Source: Octopus sinensis (lineage: Eukaryota). From it: a DNA stretch of 64,000 nucleotides. The notes under the pieces are model-generated. The model did no database searches. It was not told the DNA's origin and saw nothing but the letters and a program-made list of their open reading frames with translations. Positions 12,099-24,880 of this stretch are shown in pieces (position 1 is the first letter of the stretch; every line of letters starts with the position of its first letter). Location of the stretch: positions 30,070,001 through 30,134,000 of the forward strand of contig NC_043017.1 of NCBI RefSeq assembly GCF_006345805.1, given 5' to 3'. Made by a program: the position numbers and the translations under genes.

Positions 12099-13214
12099 GA
12101 AGAAGAAGAGTTTAATAGAAACATCGTGCGATTCTATTAGGACATAATAAACCCCCACCCACCCAAGATGAAGCAAAATATGTTTCAACATATGAATTCG
12201 CATCAATTGTCGTGGAAACCAAATGCAGAAGTGAAAATATAAGCGACAAAATATCGTTTAAAAGTGACATTAGGCAGAATATAAATGGCAATATTCTTGA
12301 ATATGTTTGTTGGCGCCGACAAGCATCAGATGCAAATAACATATTTATGATATATATATTTGGTAAATCAAGGTGTTCCATCATGTCCAGTTATTTTATT
12401 CCTCAACAAAATCTTATCTTCTACATGTGTATGTACCCCCCCCATATATATATATAATAAATGCTCTCATACCTACACAGCCTTGGTTTTTATGATATTA
12501 CGCAAAAAATTCTTATATATATAAATATATATACACAGACATGCATGGATTTATAAATGAAAGCATACATGTGCATATACGATCCCACACTCGTTTGCAT
12601 CTCTCCAGTTTATTATTGAGATAAGAAGCCTCATTAAAGATGAGACAACATAACGATATCACATGTTAGTATCACACACCACGTAATGTTGTATTGGGAT
12701 CAACTCTAAGAGGGTAGAATTACGATGAAAGAGCTTTCAGACGTATCTCCTGTGTCCTTAATTGGGATAAAGCGGATTCATTACTACACTAAGCACCGTG
12801 CAATATTCCTCTATATTATCAGAATTTTGAAGTTAATTCGATTATCTATATCATGCATGTTGTCGCAAATTGCATGGTATCTCTTTCATTGAGTCGCCCA
12901 CCGTAATAAGCCCTTGTAATATACTTGTGTATATTAAGGAAAAATCATTGCTATTTTGCAAGGGTGATTTTAGCTGTAACGACAATTTTTTCGGCAAACA
13001 CTTAACTGTTTACTAGTTAATGGAATCTCTTCTGAATATCATAACATAAAATGTGAGTTATAAAGTGTGCGACAGCGATAGAGTGGTATAAATAGAATGT
13101 CGCTTTAAAAGCAATATGGTAACATGTTACATCAATAGCGTATCATGAAAGATATGGATATAATGCGGTAACAAAATTCGGATATAAAGTAGGTAACATA
13201 GATAGCGATAGTGG

Positions 13215-13400
13215 ATTCAAATTTTAGCACAAGGCCAGCAAGTTTGCGATTGGGGAATGTCGATTAGTATCGGCCCCAGTGCTCAACTGCTATTTATTTT
13301 ATCGACATCGAAATGATAAAAGGCAACGCTAACCGGGGCGAAATTTGACGTCTGAATATAAAGAAGGGCAAAATAACGCTAAGCAATTTGCCTGGCGTGA
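13215..13400 (-). mobile_element. Degenerate family-B SINE
   Basis: caaattttagcacaaggccagc..ccccagtgctcaactg..tttatcgac..gaaatgataaaaggcaa matches the reverse complement of the family-B core. Confidence 0.6.
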
Positions 13401-15502
13401 TAACTTGTCACACTTGTCGGTTGAAATAATAGCTTCCTCATAGGCTCAAAAACTTCTTAATTGACTTCAAGAGATTCTTCGTTGAGTCAAGAACTTTTGT
13501 TGTTCTTACAGAGAATTGTCTCTTTCACTCGAGTAGATTTATTCATGTTTTATCCAAAAGCCAATCCCTCAAACCTGAGTAACGTCTACAATTGCTGAAG
13601 AGTCGTAATCATTTGATGAAGCTGCTTTCTCATTGGCTAAGTTGGGGGCATTGTCTTGGATCGAATAGTCTTGTTGCTACAAAGAGCTTTGTTGCTGACC
13701 AAAATGATTTCTCCTGCACTCAATTATATCGTCTGTAAGAAGCATTTAGTTGTTCCTATAATGCGCTTCATCGGCATAAAATTCATCTACCTCGACCCAG
13801 GAATACTCGAAATCATATAACGACCAACGTTACAACTTCATTTGACTTCCGTCTTGATACAAAAGATTATGTTATACAAAAACAATAATCCTAACAATTA
13901 CCAGCTTCTTCTCACACTCAAAAGTGTTTATTATCTATTAGCCTTTCTTTTAGAGATGTACCACGTGTATAAAACACTGCCTCAAAGATCTTCTTTCAAA
14001 GATCTCGTATTGTGCTTACGAAGAACATTAGCAACGTACGTTATTGCCAGATAGCCAAATTTGCCGTAATTCGTCCTGTCGACAATTTAATGGTAAATGT
14101 ATGAATTCTAACAATAGAATATCTCATTACCTTTTCACCTTGTCTTTCTCTTTGCATCATCATCTTTGTCTGTCATCAGTCTCATATCCATGTTGAACTA
14201 ATGACAATAGACGACATAAATATAACGATCTACCCTTCTTTTTTTTTATTATTACATACCTCCAATACACTTCTCATTTCAATGTCCTCAAATTTTCTCC
14301 ATAGATTCTTTTCTGCTTTATATCTCCTAGTACCCGTACCCGTTATCAAATTTACTAATTGTATTGCGTACCTTCACAATGCCATCCTCTATCTCTCTCT
14401 GTATGTCTGTCTCTCTGTCTCTCTCTTGTACAGTCTATTTCCCAGCCTCACCCATTATCTAACAGACATCTTTCTTTTAAACAATTTCTATTTTCTAATC
14501 TCCTTCACTCTCTCTACATAGACCAAGCATCTCATTTCTGAAATTTTCTCTCCTTCTCTCTCCCCTCATCTCTCTCTCCTTCTCTGTGGCTCTCCCTCTC
14601 TCTCTGGCTCTCTCTCTCTCCGTCTCAGTCTCAGTCTCTCAGTGCAGACTGTATCTCCCTCATCACATCTCTACCTCAGTCTGTGGTTCGAGCTAACTAA
14701 AAATAAGCTGACAAACAGCAATTAATCATCTTTATCACTACGATACACTCCCGTACCCTCTCGTTCGCTCTCTATCTCTATTTCTCACATTCTCTGAATT
14801 AATTTATCGTTCTAACGCTTTCCCAGCCGTCTTTTTCCTCTGTATTTAGTATCGACGCACTTCCATTCTATCATAGGTTTCCATATCTGTTTTCATCATT
14901 AATTGTTTCTGCCACATGCCAACACTCTCATTTAAACGGATACCTCTTCCTCTCCTCCTTACTTTCTCCCTTTCACCCTCTAATTCTATACACATCGACG
15001 CGCAGACACACACTTACGTATGTACATATGTATGCATCCATGGACATGTATGTACGAGTTTGTGTGAGCGTTGGGTGTGTGTGTATGTATTTATGTGGTG
15101 TGTGTGGGTGCATCCATTTATGTATGCGTATTCGTTTAGTCTTGCAAGCAGAGGAGAAAAAATAGACGGCAAGAGAAGTAAAATATACATATTCATTATA
15201 ATTTCCGCCGAGGTCATTTACGTCTTGCGACCCACCTCTATTTGTGAAATAAAGGGTAAGTGAAGTACTAGGGAGCAATTATATCGACTGATCACCTCGT
15301 CTTACAATTCCTGGCTTTCTCAACTAAATAGAAAACCATTATATATCGGCAAAACTACATAGCAAAGTTATTTGTTTGCTGCACGGTCATTGAGTAACAT
15401 GATAGTTTACAACGGAAATAATAGTAGTATGTGTCTGTGTGTGTGTGTGTCAGAGAGTATGAACTTGTGTGGATTTATAGTTTTTGTTATTTTATTCCTT
15501 AA

Positions 15503-15859
15503 TGGCCCAGTGGTTAGGGCAGCGGACTCGCGGTCGGAGGATCGCGGTTTCGATTCCCAGACCGGGCGTTGTGTGTGTTTATTGAGCGAAAATACCTAAA
15601 GCTCCACGAGGCTCCGGCAGGGGGTGGGGTGGCGACCCCGGCTGTACTCTCTCGCCCCATCTTTCTCTCACTCTTACTTCCTGTTTCTTGAGTAGCGCTA
15701 CTATGGACTGACGTCCCAGGGGGAACACATACACCTTAGAAGCCAGGAAACCGGGCCCATGAGCCTGAACAGGCTTGAAAAGGGCGCATAAATTAATGGC
15801 GTTGCCCCAGCATGGCCACAGCTCGTTAGCTGAAACTAGATGAAATGAAATGAAATGAA
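15503..15859 (+). mobile_element. tRNA-derived SINE family C with a V-domain-like segment
   Basis: A box TGGCCCAGTGG, B box GGTTTCGATTCCC, segment atggactgacgtcccaggggg..gaaaccgggcccatgagcc resembling V-SINE cores, then a catggccacagc..gctgaaac plus (GAAAT)n tail. Confidence 0.7.
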
Positions 15860-16057
15860 TATATTTTAGCTTGTCAGCAGTAGCCATTCGAGGGCTCCGC
15901 CATAATTGTTACGTTCGTTTCATTACTACAACTCTATATTTGTTTTCGGTTTTCGTTGAATGTTTCTGCTCTCCTCAGTGTTGGAATGTGCATTAGGATT
16001 TCAAACGAAACGTGCCAAGTGGTTTCATGGAAACATTTCCAATATAATAACTGCAGA

Positions 16058-16191
16058 GTGGTGAGCTGGCAGAAACGTTAGCACGCCGGGCGAAGTGCGT
16101 AGCCGTCTTTTGTCTGTCGTTAGGTCTGAGTTCAAATTCCGCCGAGGTCGACTATGCCTTCCATCCTTTCGGCGTCGATTAAATAAGTACG
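16058..16191 (+). mobile_element. Family-B SINE, 5' half
   Basis: gagctggcagaaacgttagcacgccgggcgaa..gagttcaaattccgccgaggtcgac. Confidence 0.85.
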
Positions 16192-16279
16192 AATAAATAA
16201 GGGACATAGAAAAAACAAGGAGAGAAACAAAGAGAGAAAAAAATATGTGTAGTGGCTAACGATCTATCATGGCGACTAC

Positions 16280-16449
16280 AGCCGCTGCTGTGTGGGAAAA
16301 AGCTTGCTTCCCATTCAGAAGGTTCTGTATTCAGTCCTACTCCGTGTTACCCCAGACAAGTGTCTTCTAATATAGACTCAAGCCGACCGAAGCCGTCTGA
16401 AAGAATTTGATAGATGGAAACCGAAAGATGTCCGCCTTTTATATATATG

Positions 16450-16480
<31 letters not shown>

Positions 16481-16670
16481 TCCCACCACGATTTAACAAC
16501 CAATGTTAGGTGTGTTTATGTTCCCGGAACTTAGTGCTTCAGCCAAACTATCCATAGAATAAGCAGCAGACTTAAAATAAAAAGCATTGCAGTCGATTCA
16601 TTGGGATAAAATTCCTCTGGGTGGTGGCCCAGGATGGCCGCAGTCTAATGACTAAAACAAGCAACAGTAA
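16280..16670 (+). mobile_element. Degenerate family-A SINE
   Basis: Colinear, diverged match to 45654-46048 including the internal GT tract and tail. Confidence 0.7.
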
Positions 16671-16765
16671 CAGTCAAAATATACCTATAGATGGAAACAA
16701 CTCTATATACACCACACACACAAAGTTTATTTTATATATATATATTGGCTAAACTGGCAAAATGA

Positions 16766-16808
<43 letters not shown>

Positions 16809-17119
16809 ATATATTATATATACACTTTTCACTTCCTCACGCACACGTCCCTATCCTGCTCACCAGAACTATAAATCCAGAACGCTATAAATCATATTTT
16901 CAACTAGCTGAACATGTTGACCTCATAATCTTGTCTGGGCCGCCTTACTATTAGCAGAATTATATCTCACCATTCACCATCTGGTCAAAACACACGCCAT
17001 CCGAGCAAATAGCAACAAACAAGCAAGCAAACACACACACACATTCACGCGCAGAGACTGAGTGAGATAGACAGACACTTACATATACATACATACACGC
17101 CGTCATACATATATATATA

Positions 17120-17156
<37 letters not shown>

Positions 17157-17160
<4 letters not shown>

Positions 17161-17251
17161 ATCCAAACAAGAAAACAAAAAGCACAGCAACGCGAGGACG
17201 TGGAATAAATAAAGTATTATTGGACGCTCAGGAAAGAAGGGAAGAAGGAGG

Positions 17252-17255
<4 letters not shown>
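17157..17255 (-). mobile_element. Truncated copy of the 5430-5635 element
   Basis: gttaatccaaacaagaaa..tattattggacgctcaggaaagaagg..gagggttt, between two (TA)n tracts. Confidence 0.8.
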
Positions 17256-17306
<51 letters not shown>

Positions 17307-17527
17307 CTGTATATATGTATTTATATCTATACATACATATATATTTACATATAGATTATATATAAATGTGCGTGTGTACGCGCATGCGTTTGCGTGTTTG
17401 TTTGTTTATGTATGTGTTGATGTGGACGTTTGCGTGGGTGTGCGTTAATCTGTATAGAATCTAAGATTTTGTTTCAAATAATTAATGTACTTTTTCAGGC
17501 TTGAAAGCGAATACTTGTTTGACTGTT

Positions 17528-17895
17528 AATCAATCTACCTATCAATGTATCTATCTATCTATCGATCTATCTATCAATGTATCTCTCTATTTATCAATAT
17601 ATCTATCTATCTATTTATCAATGTATCTATCCATCTATCTATCTATCTATTTATCAATGTATCTATCCATCTATCTATCAATGTATCTATCAATGTATCT
17701 CTCTCTGTCTATCTATCTACCTATCAATGAATCTCTCTATATATCTATTTATCAATGTATCTACCTATCTATTTATCTATCTATCAATCTATCTATCTAT
17801 CTACCTACCTCTCGCTATGTATGTATGTATGTATGTATGCATCTATCTACCTATCTATCTACCTACCTATCTATCAATCAATCAATCTATCTCTA
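17528..17895. repeat. (ATCT)n microsatellite with ATCAATGT interruptions
   Basis: Directly visible. Confidence 0.95.
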
Positions 17896-18199
17896 CTACT
17901 TCTCTCTCTCTCTAGACTGTTACTATCTCTGCCCACATATTCTAGATGCGTGTCCAGTGTAGCGTACCAACCCCCGCACGATCTTACACACACACACACA
18001 CACACCACATTCATTAGTAGTTACTGCTACTTCGCTGATTTTCCAGCCAAACCTGATTCGGATGAAGGTTTACTTGGCTGATACTTCGAAGTCACTGCCA
18101 AACCTATTCTCCTTTAAGTATACTAAACGCGGACTGCCCAAAAAAGGTCTTCACTTTTCTTACAGTTCATTCTAACCTTTTTATATAACGTCAAATAAA

Positions 18200-18573
18200 T
18201 CTCTCTCTATATAAACGGCAGTTTGTCTGTGCGTTTTCTGTGTGTCTGTTTTCTCGTACCCTCACTCTGACCACGGCTTTCAACCGATTCTGATGAAACT
18301 TGACACACACATAGCCCAATGTCATAATTCAAAACTAACGCAGCGAAAATTTTGAAAAGTTCCCCCAGTTCTGAAAAAAATCGATAAATTCGACATGGGG
18401 TCGAGAATCAGAAACCCAGACCGTCTAGGGGACGCAACTCCACCTTTTTTAACTCTCAAAAAAATTTACCATCATTTTTTTTCCATTTTTTTGCTATTTT
18501 TTGGCTATAACTCTAAAAATGCTTTATAGTTATTTCCCTTACAAACCTGAGCAACGCCGGGCGATACTGCTAG
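18200..18573 (+). mobile_element. Non-autonomous Helitron
   Basis: Inserted between A (18199) and T (18574); starts TC, ends CTAG; subterminal hairpin cctgagcaacgccggg; caaccgattctgatgaaacttgacac motif typical of short Helitrons; no TSD. Confidence 0.85.
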
Positions 18574-18659
18574 TAATTTATAAATATGTGAGCGTACGTC
18601 GGTTATTTTGTGCATGCGTGTAAGTGTTTGTATCTATGAATGCATATATGTTCTTTTTT

Positions 18660-19705
18660 CTCTTTTACTCTTTTACTTGTTTCACTCATTTGACTGTGGT
18701 CATGCTGGAGCACCGCCTTTAATCGAGCAACTCGACCCCGGGACTTATTCTTTTGTAAGCCTAGTACTTATTCTATCGGTCTCTTTTGGCCGAAACGCTA
18801 AGTGACAGGGACATGAACACACCAGCATCGGTTGTCAAGCGATGTTGGATGGGACAAACACAGACACACAAACACACACGCGCACACACACATATACACG
18901 ACGGGCTTCTTTCAGTTTCCGTCTACCAAATCCACTCGCAAGGCTTTGGTTGGCCCGGGGCTATAGCAGAAGACACTTGACCAAGGTGCCCCGCAGTGGG
19001 ACTGAACCCAGAACCATGTGGCTGGTAAACAAGCTACTTACAACACAGCCAATATATACTCTTTTACTCTTACTTGTTTCACTCATTTGACTGCGGCTAT
19101 GCTGGAGCACCACCTTTAATCGAGCAACCCGACCCCCGGATTTATTTTTTGTAAGCCCAGTACTTAATCTATCGGTCTCTTTTGCCGAACCGCTAAGTCA
19201 CGGGGACATAAACACACAAGCATCTGTTGTCAAGCGATGTTGGGTGGGACAAACACAGACACACAAACACACACGCGCACACACACATATACACGACGGG
19301 CTTCTTTCAGTTTCCGTCTACCAAATCCACTCACAAGGCTTTGGTTGGCCCGAGGCTATAGTTGAAGACACTTGCCAAAAGTGCCACGCAGTGCGACTGA
19401 ACCGGGAACCATGTTGTTGGTAAACAAGCTACTTACCACACACTCCACTCCTGCGCCTATATATATATATATATATATATACATATATATACATATATAT
19501 AACATATATACATATATATATACATATATATACATATATATATACATATATACATATATATACACATATATATACATATATATATACATATATATACATA
19601 TATATATACATATATATATACAATATATATATACATATATATATACATATATATACATATATATAATATATATACACATATATACATATATATACACATA
19701 TATAC

Positions 19706-19777
<72 letters not shown>

Positions 19778-19790
19778 TATATACATATTA

Positions 19791-19828
<38 letters not shown>

Positions 19829-19839
19829 CATATATATAT

Positions 19840-19890
<51 letters not shown>

Positions 19891-20216
19891 GACGTGCTTC
19901 TTTCAGTTTCCGTCTACCAAACCCACTCAGAAGGCTTTGGTCGGCCCGAGGCGATAGTTGAAATCATTTGCGGAAGGTGCCACGCAGTTGTACTGAACCC
20001 GGAACCATGTGGTTGGTAAACAAGCTACTTACCACAAAGCCATACATATACATATATACGACGGGCTTCTTTCAGTTTCCGTCTACCAAATCCACTCACA
20101 AGGTTTTGGTCGGCCCAAGGCTATAGTAGAAGACACTTGCCCAAGGTGCCACGCAGTGGGACTGAACCCAGAACCATGTGGTTGTTAAACAAGATACTTA
20201 CCACACAGCCACTCCT
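18660..20216 (-). mobile_element. Cluster of four same-orientation family-A SINE copies (18660-19051, 19057-19460, 19888-20042, 20057-20216)
   Basis: Two near-full copies and two 5' halves, with a ~430 bp TA/TACA tract between copies 2 and 3. Confidence 0.9.
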
Positions 20217-20686
20217 ATATATATATTTTGTATTCATGTATGTCGTGCCCTGCTATTTGCCTGTATGTGTCTTTCCAATTATCGGCCAGTGTTTGTCTCA
20301 CCTCATTTGCAAATCCAATGTTCCAATTAAATGGATTCGACGGAATTACTTGACTTTGAAAATGTCGAACAAAAGATGACTTGTGTTAGTTCTTGTGCAT
20401 CACACAAATAACTTTGTATTCCTAAATAAAAACAAGACCAGTGAAGCAAGTATCGGTGTTTGCTTGCCTTGGAACGAGAACAGAATAACCAATGACAAGT
20501 GTGTTTAAGCACAAGTACCTGCACAGAGAAGAAAGCTCAAACGCTGCACACAATTTACCAACAAATTAATTGTTTAATATAGCTGTACTACGTTTACATA
20601 TACTCATATTTTTCGATATATTTGTGAATGTATGCATATGTGTGTCTGTATATGTGTGTGTGCACTGTTATATGGACCTACGTAAG

Positions 20687-20739
<53 letters not shown>

Positions 20740-20759
20740 CATACATGCATATACACAAC

Positions 20760-20967
20760 TTATAAACAAGGGCAAAAGAAAATAATTTCTATGCCAATAA
20801 CAGACTTTTAAATCGTCAATTTCCACATATTATTATATACCCACTACAGAAATTCAGCACAACGTATTTCTGTCGTGGGTATATAATAATATGTGGAAAT
20901 CGACGATATAAAAGTCTGTTATCAGCATATTGGCACAGAAATAATTTTCTCTTGCCCTTGTTTATAA
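20760..20967. repeat. ~208 bp imperfect inverted repeat
   Basis: Arms 20760-20853 and 20866-20967, 12-nt loop, one ~9-nt indel and a few mismatches. Confidence 0.9.
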
Positions 20968-20986
20968 TTTTAACCTTTTAATATGC

Positions 20987-21162
20987 TGCCACATTTTTTG
21001 ATGGATTTTTTTCTGTAAAAAAACATCCTACATTAGCAAGCAAGCAAGCAAGCAGCATGCATGCATGCATGCATGCATGCATGCATGCTTGCTTGCTTGC
21101 TTGCTTGCTTGCTAATGTAGGATGTTTTTTTACAGAAAAAAAATCCATCAAAAAATGTGGCA
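20987..21162. repeat. Near-perfect foldback centred on (ATGC)n
   Basis: tgccacattttttgatgg..cctacatt(AGCA)n (ATGC)n (TTGC)n aatgtagg..ccatcaaaaaatgtggca; the unique arms differ only in one homopolymer length. Confidence 0.95.
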
Positions 21163-21166
21163 AAAA

Positions 21167-21707
21167 ATGCATGCATGCATGCATGCATGCATGCATGCAT
21201 GCATGCATACATACATACATACATACATGCATGCATGCAGCATGCATACTACATACATACATACATACATACATACATACATACATACATACATACAGAC
21301 ATACATACATACATACATACATACATACATACATACATACATACATACATACATACATACATACATACATACATACATACATACATACATACATACATAC
21401 ATACCTACATACATACATCATACATACATACATACATACATACATACATACATACATACATACATACATACATACATACATACATACATACATACATACA
21501 TACATACATACATACATACATACATACATACATACATACATACATACATACATACATACATACAACATACATACATACAAACATACATACATCCATACAT
21601 ACATACATACATACATACATACATACATACATACATACATACATACATACATACATACATACATACATACATACATACATACATACATACATACATACAT
21701 ACATACA

Positions 21708-21768
<61 letters not shown>
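21167..21768. repeat. (ATGC)n then (TACA)n then (TA)n microsatellite
   Basis: Directly visible; source of the MYVC/HTYI junk ORFs. Confidence 0.97.
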
Positions 21769-21770
<2 letters not shown>

Positions 21771-21888
21771 TATGTAAGATATTTGAGGAAAGATTTATGT
21801 TTATAAAAAGAAACAAATATGCTATAACAGTAATTTTATTTATCATCAAAAAATGAAATGAGGATAAAAATAAACCTTCTTTTCTATG

Positions 21889-22270
21889 TTATTCAATAAA
21901 GCCAGCTTCAACAAATGCTTCTGTACGAAATGTAAATCATCTACATTCTTGAATCAAGTTCATTTTGGCAGCTGACTATGGTGGTTTGGGCCTGTTCATT
22001 AACCTCAGTCTGAATAACGCTCCACATTTAATAATCCAATGGATTGAGATCTGCGGAATTTAGAGGCCAAATGTTAGGAGTTGTGTGATCACGAACATTT
22101 TCAGCCAGCCATTCTTGTGTTACTAGAGCCATGTGTGATAGTACGTTGTCTTACTGAAACACACATGGCACTCAATTGCATGCAGTGTCTATCTAGAGCT
22201 TAACAATTATTTCCAGGACCTCAATGTCGTCGACAGAGTTAACTCTAAGGCCACATGGAAAGAAGCAAGG
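21889..22270 (-). pseudogene. DD37D (maT-type Tc1/mariner) transposase C-terminal remnant
   Basis: FQ*DNVLSHMALVTQEWLAENVRDHTTPNIWPLNSADLNPLDY*MW: 37 residues between the second and third catalytic D; ends ..GFIE*. Confidence 0.85.
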
Positions 22271-23452
22271 ATATAAAGTGCCACAAAATCATATTTTAGT
22301 GTGAAATGAAAATAGTTTTCCAGGTCCTGTTATTAGCAATTATGACACAACGTGTTAAATTTTTCTCTTCTTTCCCGTCCGCAACGGTTCGTTACCAAAG
22401 CGGTAATTTTAACCATATAGGTAACCAATACGTTATTCCCATGCTAACGCACGCAACATATAGCTACATCCGTTCTTTCCCTCTGCCTACGTCTACCTGT
22501 ATGTCAGTTTCTATCTCTCTCTGTTTTTCTCTTTCTCTTTCTGTCACATTCTCCCCCTAGAGTGAAACGTATTTCCACAAACGTTATATCATCCGACGAC
22601 AAAACTGTCATTTTCCTTACTAGTATGTCAGATTTGGTGAATTCCCGAATCTTACGTTATCACCACTCCTCATGTGTTGCAGATAATTGTTGCCATTATG
22701 TAACTACGATGCCTCAAATCGAGCCACAGATAATTTTCATAAATCAGGAATTTTAGATATATTTCTCCATGCTATTCATAGACATGCCAATGGCCACTTC
22801 GCGTTATTCCTCTTAGTTCATTTTTAACCAACACTACGGTTCGAAACTACAAAGTGTGCTGCAATATCAAATTGCTTCCTTTACCAAAAGCCAATCACAG
22901 GAGAATGACCATTGCAGATATAACTATAGTGACGATGTGCCCCCAACATGGACACAATTTTGTGCTGAAATAAATAAAAATATAACACGAGCATACACAT
23001 GCAGACATAGGCGGTTGACGAGTCAGAACAAAATAGGAGAGTCCAGATATTTCAGGGCTATTTAATACAAATGATGATGATACTTTTCTCCTACGTTTAA
23101 AATATTGCAGGTCAAGAACTCATTCAATGACATGAGCTGTGAGATTTCCAAAGAGGGATGTGCAGGGATGCACATAAAGCATAGTGTGGAGACGCGAGAG
23201 ATTCCTGAGCATTGGGTTCCCTGAGCATTGAAGGAATGAAACCAGGTAGCATCAAGAATGAATGTTCAATTTTATAGGAATAAGATATCATCAGAAACGT
23301 TAATGTTGGCTTACACTGGATGTGGATGTTTAGTATTAAGTAATCTCGAAGGACCACGTCTGCTTACCTTAATATTTAGGGTAGATTCCACACATTTCAT
23401 GATAATTGCAAGTAAGCAAAGAAACAGAAAAACAGTTTTTGTTTTGTTATAT

Positions 23453-24107
23453 AAGGCGACGAGCTGGCAGAAACGTTAGCATGCCGGGCGAAATGCGTAG
23501 CCGTATTTCGTCTGTGGTTACGTTCTGAGTTCAAATTCCACCGAGGTCGACTTTGCCTTTCATCCTTTCGGGGTCGATAAATAAAGTACTAGTTTCGCAC
23601 TGGGGTCGATGTAATCGTCTTAATTCCTTTGTCTGTCATTGTTTGTCCCCTTTATGTTTAGCCCCTTGTGGGCAATAAAGAAATAAGAAACGTTAGCATG
23701 CCGGGCGAAATGCGTAGCCGTAATTCGTCTGTCGCTACGTTCTGAGTTCAAATTCCGCCGAGGTCGACTTTGCCTTTCATCCTATCGGGGTCGATAAATA
23801 AAGTACCAGTTTCACACTGGGTTCGATGCAATCGACTTAATTCCTTTGTCTGTCATTGTTTGTCCCCTCTATGTTTAGCCCCTTGTGGGCAATAAAGAAG
23901 TAAGAAACGTTAGCATGCCGGGCGAAAAGCGTAGCCGTATTTCGTCTGTCGTTACGTTCTGAGTTCAAATTCCGCCGAGGTCGGCTTTGCCTTTCATCCT
24001 ATCGGGGTCGATAAATAAAGTAACAGTTTCACTGGGGTCGATGTAATCGACTTAATTCCTTTGTTTGTCCCCTCTATGTTTAGCCCCTTGGAGGCAGTAA
24101 AGAAATA
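23453..24107 (+). mobile_element. Head-to-tail trimer of family-B SINE (217 bp period)
   Basis: AGAAACGTTAGC at 23469, 23686 and 23903; B box GAGTTCAAATTCC in each unit; only unit 1 has the complete 5' head. Confidence 0.95.
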
Positions 24108-24712
24108 TATATGAAGTTCCAGAAGCACATGTATTATCCACTTCCATATGCTACTGTTAATATTATGCAAAAAATACATTGGTTTATATCATGCAACAAA
24201 GTCATTTATATTCGAAGAATATTTATAAGTAGAATACAGTGTATGAAACGCAGAAGAACTATAGCTTAGCATTGATCACGAGGCCATTTATTGTTGATCA
24301 AATTGCGTAAGGTAATTGATAAGGGAATGAATAAAAGAGAAACGAACTAAGTTATGTCTCTTCAGAACATACAGAATAAAGGAAAGAATTTCTTTTAATA
24401 TTTATGCCAAGAATTTGTTCTAGATCTTTACAGCAACATAATGACTTAATGAATAAAACGTAAACGGTTTTAAAGACAGAATAAATAAAAGACGACACAC
24501 ACACACGTGCATACACACATATCCATACATACACATATCCATACACATATGTACCCTCACACACGAACGCAGACACACACATTGCGAGTGAAGTTTGAGG
24601 ACATATGGTAATTTTAAAATAAACACTAATCTAGTAAGAACAAAAATAATAATAAAAAAAAGGATTTTAATAAACATATGTGGACATAATCTCCATAAGC
24701 TTTCTTGAAACA

Positions 24713-24880
24713 TTTTTCTATAAATCAGCATTTATTTTCTATGACTTCATTCCGGGAAGGGAAACGTTGACATGTCTGCACTATATGGTCCTTAGTCATT
24801 TCGTTGGATACCTGGACATTCGCGATATTTAGTGGTTATCAAGAAAATTTAAATCTGATCTGTTTGGAGGCCAGAAGTTT
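24713..24880 (-). pseudogene. maT-like transposase C-terminal remnant
   Basis: NFWPPNRSDLNFLDNH*, then in another frame EMTKDHIVQTCQRFPSRNEVIENKC*FIE. Confidence 0.65.

Noticed and set aside
15503-15566. tRNA-like sequences here and at 29915, 45654 and 28610-28680
   Set aside because: Acceptor stems do not close and each continues into a repeat body; these are SINE heads, not tRNA genes.
20978-21856. Long ORFs (200-285 aa) such as MYVCMYVC.., HTYIHTYI.., YIYIYI.. here and at 7366, 19372, 61883 and 63177
   Set aside because: Translations of stop-free microsatellites; no coding signal.
23453-24107. Regularly spaced repeats as a CRISPR-like array
   Set aside because: Whole 217-bp units repeat with no unique spacers; eukaryotic SINE multimer, no cas genes.
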